Below, one piece after another: positions 33,706 to 34,473 of a stretch of 34,473 nucleotides of DNA. The notes under the pieces are model-generated. The model searched no databases, was not told the DNA's origin, and worked only from the letters and a program-made list of their open reading frames with translations. Source of the DNA: Octopus sinensis (lineage: Eukaryota); NCBI RefSeq assembly GCF_006345805.1, contig NW_021829930.1:1-34473 (forward strand), in the 5' to 3' direction. Position 1 is the first letter of the stretch. Each line of letters opens with the position of its first letter. A program made the translations under genes and the position numbers.

Positions 33706-34473
33706 CAGTAGTTTTATTTTATAGCGTGCTTTCACTTCACTACCGAGCGCAGCTCTGTGTGCCTTGGGTATGTGCTGTGATTTGTTGTGGTGCTCTGATG
33801 GCTATTGTATGGAAAGTGTTCTGCATAGGATGTGTGCAGTGCCTAGTAGTGCAATTTTCTGTATGTTATATGTGTTTGTAAGTCCTGGTGTTTTTGTTAT
33901 GTATTTGTCTGAATATTTTTTTATCATGCCTAATGCACCTACTATGATAGGAATTGTTTCTGTTTTTAGATTCCACTTTCTGGTTACCTCTATTTCCAGG
34001 TCTTTGTATTTTGAAGGTTTCTCCATTTCTTTTAGAGACACGTTGTCATCTGCCGGTATTGATACATCAATTAGAAAGCATTTTTTTCCTTCATGATCTC
34101 TGACAACTATATCTGGTCTGTTGGCCTTAAGTTCTCTATCTGTGTGTATCGGAATATCCCAGAGTATGGTTGCTTTCTCATTTTCTGTGACCTTTTCTCG
34201 TGTGTCCCTATACCATCTTTTTTCTGTTGTTATTCCATAAAGTTGGCATAGCTTCCAGTGTATGTAGGTTCCAACTCTGTCATGTCTGTGAATATATTCC
34301 TTCTTAGCCAGGACTGGGCACCCAAGATAATATGATTTATTGTTTCTTGTCCATCTCCACATATTCTGCAGTTACTTTGTTATATTTTCTTTTCATTACA
34401 TCTTTTTGGTAATTTCTGGTGGGGAGGCTTTGGTCTTGTGCTGCAATTAAAAATCCCTCTGTCTCTGCTTGAG
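33706..34473 (-). mobile_element. 3' part of an R4/Dong-like non-LTR retrotransposon (RLE endonuclease); runs off the window end
   Basis: Minus strand reads KAETEGFLIAAQDQSLPTRNY, then CRICGDGQETINHII.GC (CCHC, broken by a 1-nt frameshift), RHD, LWD, NRPDIVV...IDV...K..EK.SKY and LLGTAHIL. About 95 nt of 3' UTR, then (AAT)n. Confidence 0.9.
33802..34362 (-). pseudogene. Restriction-like endonuclease domain of an R4/Dong-type ORF (frameshifted)
   Basis: PD..D..K-type motifs lie in the supplied 186-aa ORF; the frameshift falls inside the upstream zinc knuckle. Confidence 0.85.

Overview
AT-rich, repeat-saturated animal genomic DNA. The SINE/LINE repertoire and microsatellite load look cephalopod, probably octopus; this is my recognition, not a database result. 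I can support no intact protein-coding gene, and most ORFs in the supplied track are microsatellite or SINE translations. The window holds decayed Tc1/mariner elements (four with recognisable TIRs or ends, plus one fragment), a Penelope-like RT/GIY-YIG relic, the 3' part of an L1/Tx1-like LINE, and the 3' part of an R4/Dong-like RLE retrotransposon next to (TAA)n. It also holds about 25 copies or fragments of three tRNA-derived SINE families, one of which forms fixed-junction dimers and trimers, plus a 16-bp minisatellite and many simple repeats. The best leads are a U3-A8 variant minimal hammerhead ribozyme motif at a Penelope-like 3' end (11164-11207, minus), a 46-bp-stem hairpin (17893-17994), the multimeric SINEs, a promoter-like motif cluster (6607-6760) and a few orphan splice-site or exon candidates.
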